Shown: one piece after another, positions 22,072 to 31,908 of the stretch | Layout: the number at the start of each line of letters is the position of its first letter | Numbering within the stretch: the stretch's first letter is position 1 | Source of the DNA: an uncultured Bifidobacteriaceae bacterium | Lineage (GTDB): Bacteria; Verrucomicrobiota; Verrucomicrobiia; Limisphaerales; JADLHS01 | Direction: 5' to 3' | Length of the DNA: 64,000 nt | NCBI GenBank assembly: GCA_964458575.1 | Contig: CAYWMD010000027.1 | Coordinates: 20,642 to 84,641, forward strand | The notes under the pieces: generated by a model | Told to the model about the DNA's origin: nothing | Databases searched by the model: none | Seen by the model: the letters and a program-made list of their open reading frames with translations, nothing else | Position numbers and translations under genes: made by a program

Positions 22072-23130
22072 ATGGCCGGAATTCTTAACGAGATCGAACC
22101 GCTGAAACAAACCGCGCTCGCGGAACTCAAAGCCGCCGCCGACTTGGCCGCACTGGACCATGCGAAGGGCGCGTGGGTCGGGCCCAATGGCAGGTTCACC
22201 GCCTTGATGAAACAACTCGGCACGCTGCCGAAAGAGGACAAGCCCGCCGCCGGCAAGCTCATCAACGCTGCCAAGGTCGAGCTTGAAGCTGCGCTCGTTG
22301 CCCGCCGCGAAGAACTCGAACTGGCCGCCGCCCTGCCCAAAGAGCCGACGGATTTCACGCTGCCCGGGCGCCGACGCACATTGGGCAAACTTCATCCGCT
22401 CACCCAAGTCACCGAGGACATCGTTCGCGCGTTCCGCAAAATTGGTTTCGCCGTGGCCGACGGGCCGGAAATTGAGGACGAGTATCATTGTTTCGACGCG
22501 CTCAATACGCCCGCCGATCATCCCGCGCGCGACACACAAGACACATTTTACCTCGCGAACAAACTGGCGAATGAGTCTCCCTCGCCCGCGGGAGCGGGAG
22601 AGGGTCGTGAGGAAAGGCCCTTGCTCCTTCGCACCCACACCAGTTCCGTCCAAATCCGCGTGATGAAATCCCAGCCGCCGCCGGTGCGCATCATCGTGCC
22701 GGGCCGCGTCTATCGCCGCGACAACGCCGACGCCACGCACAATCCGACCTTCCACCAGATCGAAGGTCTCTACGTGGACAAAGGCGTCACCGTCGGCGAC
22801 CTCAAGGGCACGGTGGAATTCGTCTTCAAGGAGCTCATGGGCAGTGACGTGAAGATCCGTTTCCGCCCGCACTATTTCAGTTACACCGAGCCGAGCTACG
22901 AAATTGATTTCACCAATGCGCTCGTGAAGAAGATGGGCAAGGACTGGCTGGAAATCGCCGGCTGCGGCATGGTGCACCCGCAGGTGTTCGAGAACGTCGG
23001 CTACGATCCTGAGGTCTGGACCGGCTGGGCGTTCGGCTTCGGCATCGAACGCATCGCCATGCTCCGCTACGGCATCAACGACATCCGCCTCTTCTACGAA
23101 AACGATGTGCGGTTTTTGAAGCAGTTCTAA
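22072..23130 (+). CDS. pheS: Phenylalanine--tRNA ligase alpha subunit
   Basis: HPLTQVTEDIVRAFRKIGF, PADHPARDTQDTFYL, LLRTHTSSVQIR and GCGMVHPQVFENVGYDPEVWTGWAFGFGIERIAML. Contains an extra roughly 18-aa segment (ANESPSPAGAGEGREERP) not present in E. coli PheS. No pheT follows. Confidence 0.95.
   Translation: MAGILNEIEPLKQTALAELKAAADLAALDHAKGAWVGPNGRFTALMKQLGTLPKEDKPAAGKLINAAKVELEAALVARREELELAAALPKEPTDFTLPGRRRTLGKLHPLTQVTEDIVRAFRKIGFAVADGPEIEDEYHCFDALNTPADHPARDTQDTFYLANKLANESPSPAGAGEGREERPLLLRTHTSSVQIRVMKSQPPPVRIIVPGRVYRRDNADATHNPTFHQIEGLYVDKGVTVGDLKGTVEFVFKELMGSDVKIRFRPHYFSYTEPSYEIDFTNALVKKMGKDWLEIAGCGMVHPQVFENVGYDPEVWTGWAFGFGIERIAMLRYGINDIRLFYENDVRFLKQF
22577..22616. repeat. Degenerate solo hairpin of the MITE/RPE-like family, in-frame inside pheS
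   Basis: ccctc-g-cccgc/ggga/gcggg-a-gaggg followed by tcgtgagg. Compare the element right end gggagaggg-tcagggtgaggg. It encodes SPSPAGAGEGRE. Confidence 0.5.
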
Positions 23131-23148
23131 CCACGTGGTCGCCATGAA

Positions 23149-24468
23149 ATGAAGGCTGCAACACCGACGTTCGCTGTTACTCGCCGGGAATTTCTTCGCT
23201 CAACAGGAATCGTGGCCCTCGCCACCGGGGTCAGTCCACAAATGGTCCCCTCTTCCGTCCTCGGCATGGGCGGACGGGCTTCGCCCAACAACCGTATCAC
23301 CGTTGGCTTCATTGGCACGGGCGATCACGGCGTCGGTTGGAATCTTGGGCCGTATTTGCGCCATCCGGACGCGCAGGTCGTCGCTGCGTGCGACGTGGAC
23401 AGCAATCATTTGATCCGCGCGCAGGAGACAATCAATGACCGCTACAAGAACGAAGATTGTTTCGTCACCAAGGATTTTCGCGAGGTCCTTGCGCGCCCCG
23501 ACGTTGACGCGGTGATGATTTCCACGCCGGACCATTGGCACACGATCATCAGCATCCTGGCCGTGCAGGCGGGCAAGGATGTGCAATGCGAGAAGCCGAC
23601 GCTGACGATTGATGAAGGCAAGCTGCTCATCAAGGCCGTTCGCAAATACAAGAAGGTTTTCCAGACCAGCACCGAAGATCGGTCGTTACCGATGTATCAT
23701 CGCATGGCTGAATTGGTGCGCAACGGTCGCATCGGAAAACTCCAGCGCATCGAGGTGGTTTTGCCCCAGCGACCAGACAAACCGGGCGATCCGACGCCAA
23801 TGCCGGTGCCGAAGGAATTGGATTACGACCTATGGCTTGGTCCCGCACCGGTCAAGCCCTACACGCGCGATCGCGTGCATTACAACTTCCGCTGGATTCA
23901 GGATTACTCGGGTGGCGTGATTCCGGACTGGGGCGCGCATCTGTTTGACACCGCTCAATGGGCGAACGACACCGAACGCAGCGGACCGGTCGAAATCGTC
24001 GGCACCGGCACGTATTGGACTGGCGGCCTTTACGACACGGTCAAGGATTACGATGTGACCTATCGCTATGCGAATGGCGTGGTGATGACGTGCAAACCGG
24101 GCAACCCGAGCATCAAGTTCATCGGCCGGGATGGTTGGGTGGGCAACACCGGCTGGCGCGGAGAAGTGAAAGCCAGTTCGCCGGAAATCCTGAACTCAAA
24201 AATCGGCGACCGTGAAATTCACCTGTACACCAACCCAAACGGCGAGCATGACGATTTTCTGAAATGTGTCCGCAGCCGGAAGGATCCGTATTTCCCGGTG
24301 GACATCGGTCATCGGGTTTCTACCGTGAGCCATCTGGCCCTGATCGCGATCAAGCTGGGCCGCCGGTTGCAGTGGGATCCGAAGCGCGAACATTTCATCG
24401 GTGACGAGGAGGCGAACACCCTCCTCGATCGTCCGCGCCGCGATCCGTGGCAGTTGCCGGAGGTTTGA
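23149..24468 (+). CDS. Gfo/Idh/MocA-family oxidoreductase with Tat signal (GH109-like)
   Basis: Tat motif TRREFLRSTG. NAD-binding ITVGFIGTGDHG and MISTPDHWHT. Size 439 aa. Confidence 0.8.
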   Translation: MKAATPTFAVTRREFLRSTGIVALATGVSPQMVPSSVLGMGGRASPNNRITVGFIGTGDHGVGWNLGPYLRHPDAQVVAACDVDSNHLIRAQETINDRYKNEDCFVTKDFREVLARPDVDAVMISTPDHWHTIISILAVQAGKDVQCEKPTLTIDEGKLLIKAVRKYKKVFQTSTEDRSLPMYHRMAELVRNGRIGKLQRIEVVLPQRPDKPGDPTPMPVPKELDYDLWLGPAPVKPYTRDRVHYNFRWIQDYSGGVIPDWGAHLFDTAQWANDTERSGPVEIVGTGTYWTGGLYDTVKDYDVTYRYANGVVMTCKPGNPSIKFIGRDGWVGNTGWRGEVKASSPEILNSKIGDREIHLYTNPNGEHDDFLKCVRSRKDPYFPVDIGHRVSTVSHLALIAIKLGRRLQWDPKREHFIGDEEANTLLDRPRRDPWQLPEV

Positions 24469-24500
24469 ACAGCAGGAAGTCGAAAACGCCGCGTTACTCG

Positions 24501-25325
24501 CTATTTCTTGTATTTGGAGAAGACCGGCATTTTTTTGAATTTGGCTAGCGGGTCTTCTTTCCCAATCAGGGCGGATGGACGCGTGGCCGGATTTTCCACG
24601 TCGTCAGCAGGTTCGGCGTCCGTTGCGGCAGGTGAAACACCGCCCGGTGGCGACGCCTGCGCGACCACATGCGCGGCGACCGGTGCGGACTGCACTGATC
24701 GTTTCTCGAAAAATGAGCTTTGAGTAAAACCAGCTTGCGGCGCCACAGGTGCCGCGACTGACGGCGGGGCGGGCATTGGCTTCGATTGCGCGACCTCCGC
24801 TGCTTTGATTTCAGTCGTCCGCCAACAGAGCCGCACGGAAGGAATTGGGCCAACACCGACGGCCACTTCGCTGTAAACCAAATCCCCGAGTTCCACGGTA
24901 TCCGCCATTTGCCCGGCCTGTAGCAACGAGGATAAAATCGCGCGTGTCGTCCGCCGTTGTTGGTTCGCCTGCAACAACGACCGCAACACCGACGTATGCA
25001 CGTCGTCAATCTTCGTCAGATGCACCAACAGGCGTTGCACGGGGCTGATTTCCAAATCCATGCCGCTGAGTTTGAAGCCGGCTTTGGCAAGCACATCCAC
25101 GCTACTGTGAATCTCCGCCAGCGCCCCGCTGAGGCGATCTTCCTGGTCCGCCTTCAAATCGGCGACGCTGTATTGAATCTCCGATTTGAGTTGCTGCAAC
25201 TGGCCCGTCGTTGCGGCAACTGTGTCGCGTACGTCCGCTATTTTTGGCGGAAGCTGCTGCATCGCCGCTTTGATCTCGGCGGCTTTCTGACTCAGGTTCT
25301 TCACTTTGCTGATAAACTGCTTCAT
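24501..25325 (-). CDS. Hypothetical coiled-coil / Pro-Ala-rich protein (last gene of the SPFH-ATPase cluster)
   Basis: Start re-placed at the ATG 25325 (MKQFISKVKNL). RBS GAGGAG lies 5 nt upstream and 10 bp after the stop of the giant ATPase gene. N-terminal heptad-rich region and C-terminal PAPPSVAAPVAPQ low-complexity region. No recognised domain. Confidence 0.55.
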   Translation of the reverse strand: MKQFISKVKNLSQKAAEIKAAMQQLPPKIADVRDTVAATTGQLQQLKSEIQYSVADLKADQEDRLSGALAEIHSSVDVLAKAGFKLSGMDLEISPVQRLLVHLTKIDDVHTSVLRSLLQANQQRRTTRAILSSLLQAGQMADTVELGDLVYSEVAVGVGPIPSVRLCWRTTEIKAAEVAQSKPMPAPPSVAAPVAPQAGFTQSSFFEKRSVQSAPVAAHVVAQASPPGGVSPAATDAEPADDVENPATRPSALIGKEDPLAKFKKMPVFSKYKK

Positions 25326-25335
25326 AACGTTCTCC

Positions 25336-28300
25336 TCATTTCTGCTCCGGCGGCGGTTCTCCACTTTGCGCGGCTTCACGCTGTTTCTGCGCCTCGGCAA
25401 TTGCTTTCTGGAATTGTTCGAGGAACGCCCCTTCGTTACTCAACATCTCTTGGGTGACATCAATCTCCAACGAACCTTGTTTGGCACGAGTCTCCAGCAA
25501 CTCTTGAGACTTGTGTAAATGATCCCGCTGCCGCCCCGCCATGTCCTTCAACGTCGCCAGCGTGCTGTGGACCATCTCCATCTCGTGCTCCATCCGCTTC
25601 ATGGCATCCGCCATCGTGCCGGTGTGAACAACCGAAATCGCCTGGCTCAAATCCTGGCGCAACGCGCTCAATCCCTCACCCAGCTTCGCAGCCAGTGCAT
25701 TGAAATCGCCGTGGCCGTTATCGTCCTTCTTGGCCGGTTGCGCCAGGCGTTGATCAACGGTGTTGCGCAAGGCTTCGAGGTTCGCCGCCAATGGCGCGAG
25801 ATCAATCGTCACGTTCGGCGGCGGTTGGACCGGCTGCGGCCTGGCGGCCTGCTTTTCCAACGTCGCCTGTAAAGCTTCGAGCCCCTTGCCCACGGGTGAC
25901 ATGTCCACCACGACCTGCGGCGCGGCTTGGGGCTTTGCCGATTGTTTGTCCACCGCCGCTTGCAGTGCCTCCAGGCTCTTACCCACCGGCGTCATGTCCA
26001 CATTGACCTGCGGAGGTGGTGGCGGCGGCTTGGCCAACTGGTCGGAGATGATCTTCTGAATGCCTTCCAATCCGGACTGAAATCCGCTCAACTGCGCCAC
26101 GATGCGTCCGGCCGGATCGTGATCCCCGCCCGCGCCCCGTGCCGCCGTGTTGTGTTTGAAGGTCTTCTTGATCTCCTCCCAACGTGATTTTTCCTCTGCT
26201 GTCTGAACGCCGATCAGTTCCCGGAACTTGAGCATGTTCGCTTCCGTGCCCGTCGTGAGCGTCTGCGACTCGCCGCGGTAGTGATCGAGGATGAGCGCGC
26301 GCATCTCGTCATCGTTCATGATCGTGACGACTTTTTCCGCGAGGCGGTTCATGTTGCGATACGATCCCTGCAACCGGAACGGCGGCTCGACGCGGAACTC
26401 ATCCGCCTGAGCAGCGGAGTAGATGTATTCTTGGTTCACGCGCAAGATGACCTCGCGAGTCATCACGAGCTTCTTCATCACCGACAAAATCTCTTCCACT
26501 TCCTGTGACGAATAACTGCCCTCGAACCCTTCCGCCTCGCGCTCGCCGGATTCCGCCATGCGGATGAACGAGCGAATGTCCTTCTGACTCTTGTTCGCCA
26601 GCGGCGCCAGCACGGCGTTCGACGTCACGGCGTTTTCGAGATAGCTCGCTTTGAAATAATCCGCTTTGCCGCCGATGATGTCGCCGAGATTGTAGGTGTC
26701 GGCACGGTTCGCGAGCATGTCCGGGATTTTGAACTTCTGCCCGCTCTCGGTGTAAGGATTGCCCGCCATCACGACCACGACCTTGCGTCCGCGCAAATCG
26801 TAAGTGCGCGGTTTCCCGCGCCAGACGCCTTCGATGCGGCGCTGCCCGTCGCAGAGCGAAATGAACTTCTGCAAAAACTCCGGGTTGCAATGCTGGATAT
26901 CGTCCACGCAGATCATCGCGTTGTCGCCCATCTCCAGCGCGAGGTTCAGCTTGATGATTTCCTCACGCGCGGCGGCGTTCGGCGCTTCTTCCGGATCGAG
27001 CGACACGACATTGTGGCCGAGCGCCGGGCCGTTGATCTTGATGAAGATGATGCCCAACCGGCTCGCAACATATTCCATCAACGTCGTCTTGCCGTAACCG
27101 GGCGGCGAAATGATGAGCAGCAAACCCATCAAGTCTGTGCGCTTGGCTGCGCCCGCCGCGCCGATTTGCTTGGCGAGATTGTCGCCGACCATCGGGAGAT
27201 AAATCTGGTCAATGAGCTGATTGCGCACGAACGACGTCAGCACCTTGGGCTTGAATTCATCGAGTCGCAGCTTGGCGCGTTCGCGTTCGATCAACTGTTG
27301 CTTCAGCGCGTGGAACTTTTCAAAACGCGGGACGACGTCGCGCTCAAATTTCTGGAGGCGATCCTGGAAGTTCAGGTAATCGAACTGATACTTGCTGCCT
27401 TGAATGAGCGCGTGATTCCCGCGCATGCCTTCGATTACCCGCGACGTTGCGGCCTTGACCACGGACCGCTTGAGTGCGTCACCACAAAAGAGAATGGCAG
27501 AGATTTCGTCGAGATAGCGGAACTGGTGGGTCGAGTCGCGCTGCGACTCGACGTCCGGTCGCAGCGCGACCGGACCTACCTGCAGAAAGCCCCGCACCCA
27601 GTCGCGCACCAAATCCAGTTCGCTGCCGGGATGTTCAGCGAGCGCCTCTCGCCGCTGCTCGAAAGCTTTCTCGCTGCCTTTGCTGGCGAGATGCCGGTTG
27701 AACGACGCCACCAGTCCCTCCGCCTCCTGACTGACGGAAACCGCCTCGCCCGTGATCAGTTCGTTGAAAAGGTACTCGCCTGCTTCATTCGCAGTTGCCG
27801 GCGGATAAAGCTTGGTTTGCTCGACGAACGCGGCAATCAAACCTTGCAGCGCGGCGATGTAGTTCTGCTGCGTCGGATCGCCGGGGAACAGCTTGTTGCG
27901 CTCGGCAAAGGCATCGAGCTTGGCCGACCACAGCGTCTTCGTTTCCGCCGGGCAGAAGCGATTCCAATAAACCACCGCACAGGCCCGCGCTGCCGGACTG
28001 AACCGCGCCAGTTGCAGCGCGTGATGGGTCGTGAGCAGCGCGTGGAAAATCTTCGCACCGTCCAGATCGTGAATGCCCTTGGTGTAACCTTCCTGATAAC
28101 GCGCGCCCATAAACTCCTGCACGAACGCAAGGCGTTTGTCTTCCGAGAATGCGAGCGCTTCCGCCAAGCTCGGAGCGCCGAGCACCGGCTCGGCTCGCAC
28201 TGAGCTGTTGGAACGGGCCGAGCTGGTGCTGGGCGCTCCTATCGCCTTCAACATCTGCCACGCCAGATATTCAGCACGATACACCTCGCGGTTCTCGGAC

Positions 28301-31092
28301 ACGACTTCCTGATCCCACACATCGCGCGTGGCCAGGAATGCCTCGTCCGTAATCGCCTCGAAATACTTGGTGCTCGTCAGGTGGATATGCTGCACGCCGT
28401 CGCGGTTGACCACCGTGAGTTCAAGGGGCTGCGTGTTGATGTTGAAATGATGCTTGCCGAGTTTGATGACATCCTGCCCACCAACAAACAACTCCTGCCG
28501 ATCCTTCAACTGCCGCACGGCTTCCTGCTGCGTGCCTTTGAGGCGACCTTGCAGATCGTCGGCCTTCACCGAATCGCCCAGCGCGAGCAGTTGCTCAATC
28601 GTCTCGCGGACCTTGGCGATCATCAGGTCCGACGCCATGTAGCTATTGATATCCTCGATGCTCTTGAACCCGGCGAGGCGATTTTGAATCACCTTGAGGA
28701 TGCGCTCGGCGGCGGTCAGCAACGCGCTGGCCTTGCGATTGCGCTGTTCGACGAGTGCGACCTTGCGCTGCTCGAACGCCTCGTAAAGTTCCGTCCGTCG
28801 CTCGGCGAGTTGCACCGTGTATTCTTCGAAATCGGCGAACGTGCCTTCCAGTTCCTCAAGCTGAACGGAGAGGCGGTTCAAATACTCCTCGCACTTGGCG
28901 GGCGAATCGCACAGGTCGAGATAGCTCGACGCGGCTTGACCGAGCAACTTCATCTGCGCGCCAAACTGCGCCGCGCCTTCGCTGGCGATGAGATGTTGCA
29001 GGCGTTTCTTGAGCGCGGCCTTGACCTGATTGAGCGTGGAATAAACCGCCGTGATCGCGTCAATGATCCGCGTCGTCTCGGTCGCGTCCTCGATCTTCAG
29101 ACTGTTGACGATCTCGATGAGCATTTCGAGTTCGCCGCCCGCGACGGTGACGGCCTTCTCGATTTCCTTTCCCTCCGCAACCTTCGTCACGCGATCCACC
29201 GCCGTGAGATGATCGGCTGCCTGTCGGCGATAAGGCTCAAGCGACTCGGGCTTGAGAAGAAACTTCACGCAGGAATTGGAAAGCTCGTCGGTCTGTGTCG
29301 CGACCTGCTTTTCTGCTTCGTCAATTTGCGCGAGGTCAACGTAGCGGACTTCCCTGAGCGTGATGAGTTCACCGCGAAGCTTTCGGAGCGAAGCAAGGTT
29401 GAGAACAAAGTCATTCAGCACGCGGAAGCTGGCACGGCGGATGTTCTGAAACTGATCGGTGCAACGCTTGCGCACGTCTTTCACGCGCTCGACGGCCTCG
29501 CGTTGCAGGCGGCGCACCTTGTCGAATTCGTCCACGGCCTTGTCCGCCGCCTCGCGCACGGCGCGCAACGCACCATCCACGCCGAAGCCCTCCGCACTCG
29601 ACAGCCACGGATAGGAATCGAGAATCGCGCCGCAGCGTTTGACGAGGTCGGTGTAAATCTGCGCGTAGGGATTTTCCTTTCGCACCAGTGTCATCACCTC
29701 GTTGCACTCGGCGAGACAGCGCACGACTTCCTTGTTGCCGACCTGATACAGAAACGCGTCCTTCTTGCCGGCGGGTTCGAAGTCGGGCTGATGGAACGGC
29801 GTCTGCCGCAGTTGAATCATGTGATGCTTCTGCGGCTCGGCTTCGGCGCGGAACACGAGCAGGTGGCCGTTGGGGAACAGGGAATAACCCGGGCACCCAA
29901 TGCGCTCCTCGACCTTTTGCGCAATCAACCGATACGGCAGCAAGGCGTAATCGCCGGTCAAGCGATTGTAAAAGACATAGAGCACGTCTTCGCCGTTCGG
30001 CGCGTAGATGACGCGCTCGATGACCATCGGGCCGTCTTTGGACTCGAACTGTTTCAGTTCACCCGTTGCGAGGTAATAACCATCGGGAAAGATAAGCCCG
30101 TGTTCCTCGGGCAGGAAGACACACGACTGGCCGAGCGAATCCACGCGCAGCGCCGATTGCGTCTTCTCGTTGAAAATGAAAAAGCGCGGGGTGTTTTCCT
30201 TGTAGGGCCGGATCTTGAGCAGGATGAGGTGGTTGACAATCGCGTAGGCGATTTCGGCGTCGTCCACCTTTTGGTACTTGTCGTCCACCGGTTCGGCGTA
30301 GATGCCTTCGCCCGTCGCGGTGCTGTCTTCGACCTTGATCGTCAGGTCGCCACCGATGCACTCGACAAACACGCGGTCTTCAATCGAGATGTGCGGATAA
30401 TCGCCGTAGCGGTAGGACTCGCGGTCAGGCGTCAGCCAGCGAAACTCGAACTGCGGTGGGAAACCGACCTTGCGGAATTCGGCTTCGCTGCGGCCGTCGA
30501 GGTATTTCAGGTTGCCCTCGTTGTAAGCCCACTTGAAAACCGCGATGTCATTGATGCCCGGGCCGGTCGAGAACACCATGTAGAGTCTGCCCTCGATGAC
30601 CGAGAACTTCTGGAACGACGCCTTTTCGTAAACGTTGTAGAGCCGTTTGAAGTCCGTGATGAACGTCTTGTCCTGCAACCCGGCGAGGTCGGCTTCCTTG
30701 AACGTGCCGGCCTGGTCATCACGATGGTAGATGGCGAACACGTCGCCCAACTCAATCTCCTTCTTGAGACCAAACTGCACATTGAAGCCAAAGAGAAAGC
30801 GGCCCGAGCCCAACTGCACCATGTCCGCCGGAATGCAGTTGTGGGCGGTGATGATGCGGTCGGCCTGGAGCAGCTTGAATTCAATCGTGCCGAACACCTC
30901 CGCGCGCCGCGCGTTGAGCTGGCTCATGCACTCGCGCAACGTCGCGCCCTGCGTGTTCAGCCGCTGGCGGATGATCTCGTAAGTCGCGCTGCCAAGCGTC
31001 TGCGCGGTGGACGGCGCGGCGGCGGCCTCAGGCGCGGGTGCGGGTGCGCCTTCAGGCTGCGGGGCGGGTTTGGTTTCTGGGGCTTCAGCCAT
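25336..31092 (-). CDS. Giant (1918 aa) protein with a single MoxR/dynein-type AAA_5 ATPase domain
   Basis: Walker A LLIISPPGYGKTTL. Walker B AMICVDDIQHCNPEFL. Sensor VVVVMAGNPY. All lie around residues 1230-1400. About 1200 aa of unrecognised mostly helical sequence precede them. C-terminal coiled-coil region with three tandem 27-aa repeats. Confidence 0.8.
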   Translation of the reverse strand: MAEAPETKPAPQPEGAPAPAPEAAAAPSTAQTLGSATYEIIRQRLNTQGATLRECMSQLNARRAEVFGTIEFKLLQADRIITAHNCIPADMVQLGSGRFLFGFNVQFGLKKEIELGDVFAIYHRDDQAGTFKEADLAGLQDKTFITDFKRLYNVYEKASFQKFSVIEGRLYMVFSTGPGINDIAVFKWAYNEGNLKYLDGRSEAEFRKVGFPPQFEFRWLTPDRESYRYGDYPHISIEDRVFVECIGGDLTIKVEDSTATGEGIYAEPVDDKYQKVDDAEIAYAIVNHLILLKIRPYKENTPRFFIFNEKTQSALRVDSLGQSCVFLPEEHGLIFPDGYYLATGELKQFESKDGPMVIERVIYAPNGEDVLYVFYNRLTGDYALLPYRLIAQKVEERIGCPGYSLFPNGHLLVFRAEAEPQKHHMIQLRQTPFHQPDFEPAGKKDAFLYQVGNKEVVRCLAECNEVMTLVRKENPYAQIYTDLVKRCGAILDSYPWLSSAEGFGVDGALRAVREAADKAVDEFDKVRRLQREAVERVKDVRKRCTDQFQNIRRASFRVLNDFVLNLASLRKLRGELITLREVRYVDLAQIDEAEKQVATQTDELSNSCVKFLLKPESLEPYRRQAADHLTAVDRVTKVAEGKEIEKAVTVAGGELEMLIEIVNSLKIEDATETTRIIDAITAVYSTLNQVKAALKKRLQHLIASEGAAQFGAQMKLLGQAASSYLDLCDSPAKCEEYLNRLSVQLEELEGTFADFEEYTVQLAERRTELYEAFEQRKVALVEQRNRKASALLTAAERILKVIQNRLAGFKSIEDINSYMASDLMIAKVRETIEQLLALGDSVKADDLQGRLKGTQQEAVRQLKDRQELFVGGQDVIKLGKHHFNINTQPLELTVVNRDGVQHIHLTSTKYFEAITDEAFLATRDVWDQEVVSENREVYRAEYLAWQMLKAIGAPSTSSARSNSSVRAEPVLGAPSLAEALAFSEDKRLAFVQEFMGARYQEGYTKGIHDLDGAKIFHALLTTHHALQLARFSPAARACAVVYWNRFCPAETKTLWSAKLDAFAERNKLFPGDPTQQNYIAALQGLIAAFVEQTKLYPPATANEAGEYLFNELITGEAVSVSQEAEGLVASFNRHLASKGSEKAFEQRREALAEHPGSELDLVRDWVRGFLQVGPVALRPDVESQRDSTHQFRYLDEISAILFCGDALKRSVVKAATSRVIEGMRGNHALIQGSKYQFDYLNFQDRLQKFERDVVPRFEKFHALKQQLIERERAKLRLDEFKPKVLTSFVRNQLIDQIYLPMVGDNLAKQIGAAGAAKRTDLMGLLLIISPPGYGKTTLMEYVASRLGIIFIKINGPALGHNVVSLDPEEAPNAAAREEIIKLNLALEMGDNAMICVDDIQHCNPEFLQKFISLCDGQRRIEGVWRGKPRTYDLRGRKVVVVMAGNPYTESGQKFKIPDMLANRADTYNLGDIIGGKADYFKASYLENAVTSNAVLAPLANKSQKDIRSFIRMAESGEREAEGFEGSYSSQEVEEILSVMKKLVMTREVILRVNQEYIYSAAQADEFRVEPPFRLQGSYRNMNRLAEKVVTIMNDDEMRALILDHYRGESQTLTTGTEANMLKFRELIGVQTAEEKSRWEEIKKTFKHNTAARGAGGDHDPAGRIVAQLSGFQSGLEGIQKIISDQLAKPPPPPPQVNVDMTPVGKSLEALQAAVDKQSAKPQAAPQVVVDMSPVGKGLEALQATLEKQAARPQPVQPPPNVTIDLAPLAANLEALRNTVDQRLAQPAKKDDNGHGDFNALAAKLGEGLSALRQDLSQAISVVHTGTMADAMKRMEHEMEMVHSTLATLKDMAGRQRDHLHKSQELLETRAKQGSLEIDVTQEMLSNEGAFLEQFQKAIAEAQKQREAAQSGEPPPEQK
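25775..26035 (-). repeat. Tandem 81-bp (27-aa) coding repeats x3 in the giant ATPase C-terminus
   Basis: Protein QVNVDMTPVGKSLEALQAAVDKQSAKPQ / QVVVDMSPVGKGLEALQATLEKQAARPQ / NVTIDLAPLAANLEALRNTVDQRLAQP. The DNA repeats are visible directly (gtccaccgccgcttgcagtgcctccaggctcttacccaccggcgtcatgtccac ...). Confidence 0.5.
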
Positions 31093-31095
31093 TGC

Positions 31096-31899
31096 CTAAT
31101 TCCAGTTCAAAAAGCTTTGGGCTACTGCCTTTGAAAAAACTTCGGGTGACCAGCCGACTAAATCGGAAACCTGACCGTCGCCGATCTCCACAATCCGCAG
31201 CGTGCCGTCAGTTCGCTGGATCACGTCTGTAGAAAAGAATCTGCTCTTCACGCGGCTGGCGCACTGATGGACAATTTCGGGAACTTCGCCGATAGGTGCG
31301 CGTGGCTGGCCATTGAACACAAAGTACCGTCGCTCTGTGTCGGGCCGAAAGTCTTCCACCCGGCGTACGCAGAAGCCTCCTTCGATTGTGCCTCGGTAAC
31401 GTCGCATTTCGGAAACAACTACCTCGACAGCCTCGGGCTTCGATATGCGCGAGCCGACTGAAGTCTTGAGAGACTTCACATAATCCTTGATGAAGTATTC
31501 GCTCCATCCCAGTACTTTCAACTCTTTCGCCAAGTCGCAATCCGCCGGATACACTTTCGTCTCTGGAGTGAATTCACTCACGAGCGGATACCAGTTCGGC
31601 AAATAGTGACAGGCAAGATAATTGGTCGTGTCGCTCACAGGCTGGCAGCCTGTGCTGTGAATTGCCGCAACCAAAGATGTGTATTCGTCCTTTGAAAGCA
31701 TCCAGCCTCGATAAAGAACCTTGGCGCCAGTCGGAAGCGGCGGGCTGGCTTTGAAATCACCAGCCTGGAAAGCCTCCACGGAGAAAAGCGATGTTTCAAA
31801 GCCTTCGCTCCGCACCGCTTCCACCTCGGCCTGATAGTGTTCGTCCGGCTGGCGTGGCCGCAGCGGACTGCTTGGGTAAAGCAAATGCATTTGTCGCAA
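31096..31899 (-). CDS. Putative ATP-grasp enzyme (RimK-related, R2K/DUF4343-like)
   Basis: 267 aa. Candidate ATP-binding Lys in YFIKDYVKS. C-terminal Mg/ATP-site-like TLRIVEIGDGQVSD, which fits the ATP-grasp E-x-N/D region. The fold assignment is from motif memory, not a search. Its stop is 4 bp before the giant ATPase start. Confidence 0.55.
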   Translation of the reverse strand: MRQMHLLYPSSPLRPRQPDEHYQAEVEAVRSEGFETSLFSVEAFQAGDFKASPPLPTGAKVLYRGWMLSKDEYTSLVAAIHSTGCQPVSDTTNYLACHYLPNWYPLVSEFTPETKVYPADCDLAKELKVLGWSEYFIKDYVKSLKTSVGSRISKPEAVEVVVSEMRRYRGTIEGGFCVRRVEDFRPDTERRYFVFNGQPRAPIGEVPEIVHQCASRVKSRFFSTDVIQRTDGTLRIVEIGDGQVSDLVGWSPEVFSKAVAQSFLNWN

Positions 31900-31908
31900 G
31901 CATTCGCG

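Noticed and set aside
26890-31134. Long plus-strand ORFs (437 aa and 917 aa) antisense to the giant ATPase gene
   Set aside because: They have no recognisable motifs and an Arg/Ala/Gly-rich composition typical of antisense frames in high-GC DNA. The opposite strand carries clear Walker A/B AAA_5 motifs.
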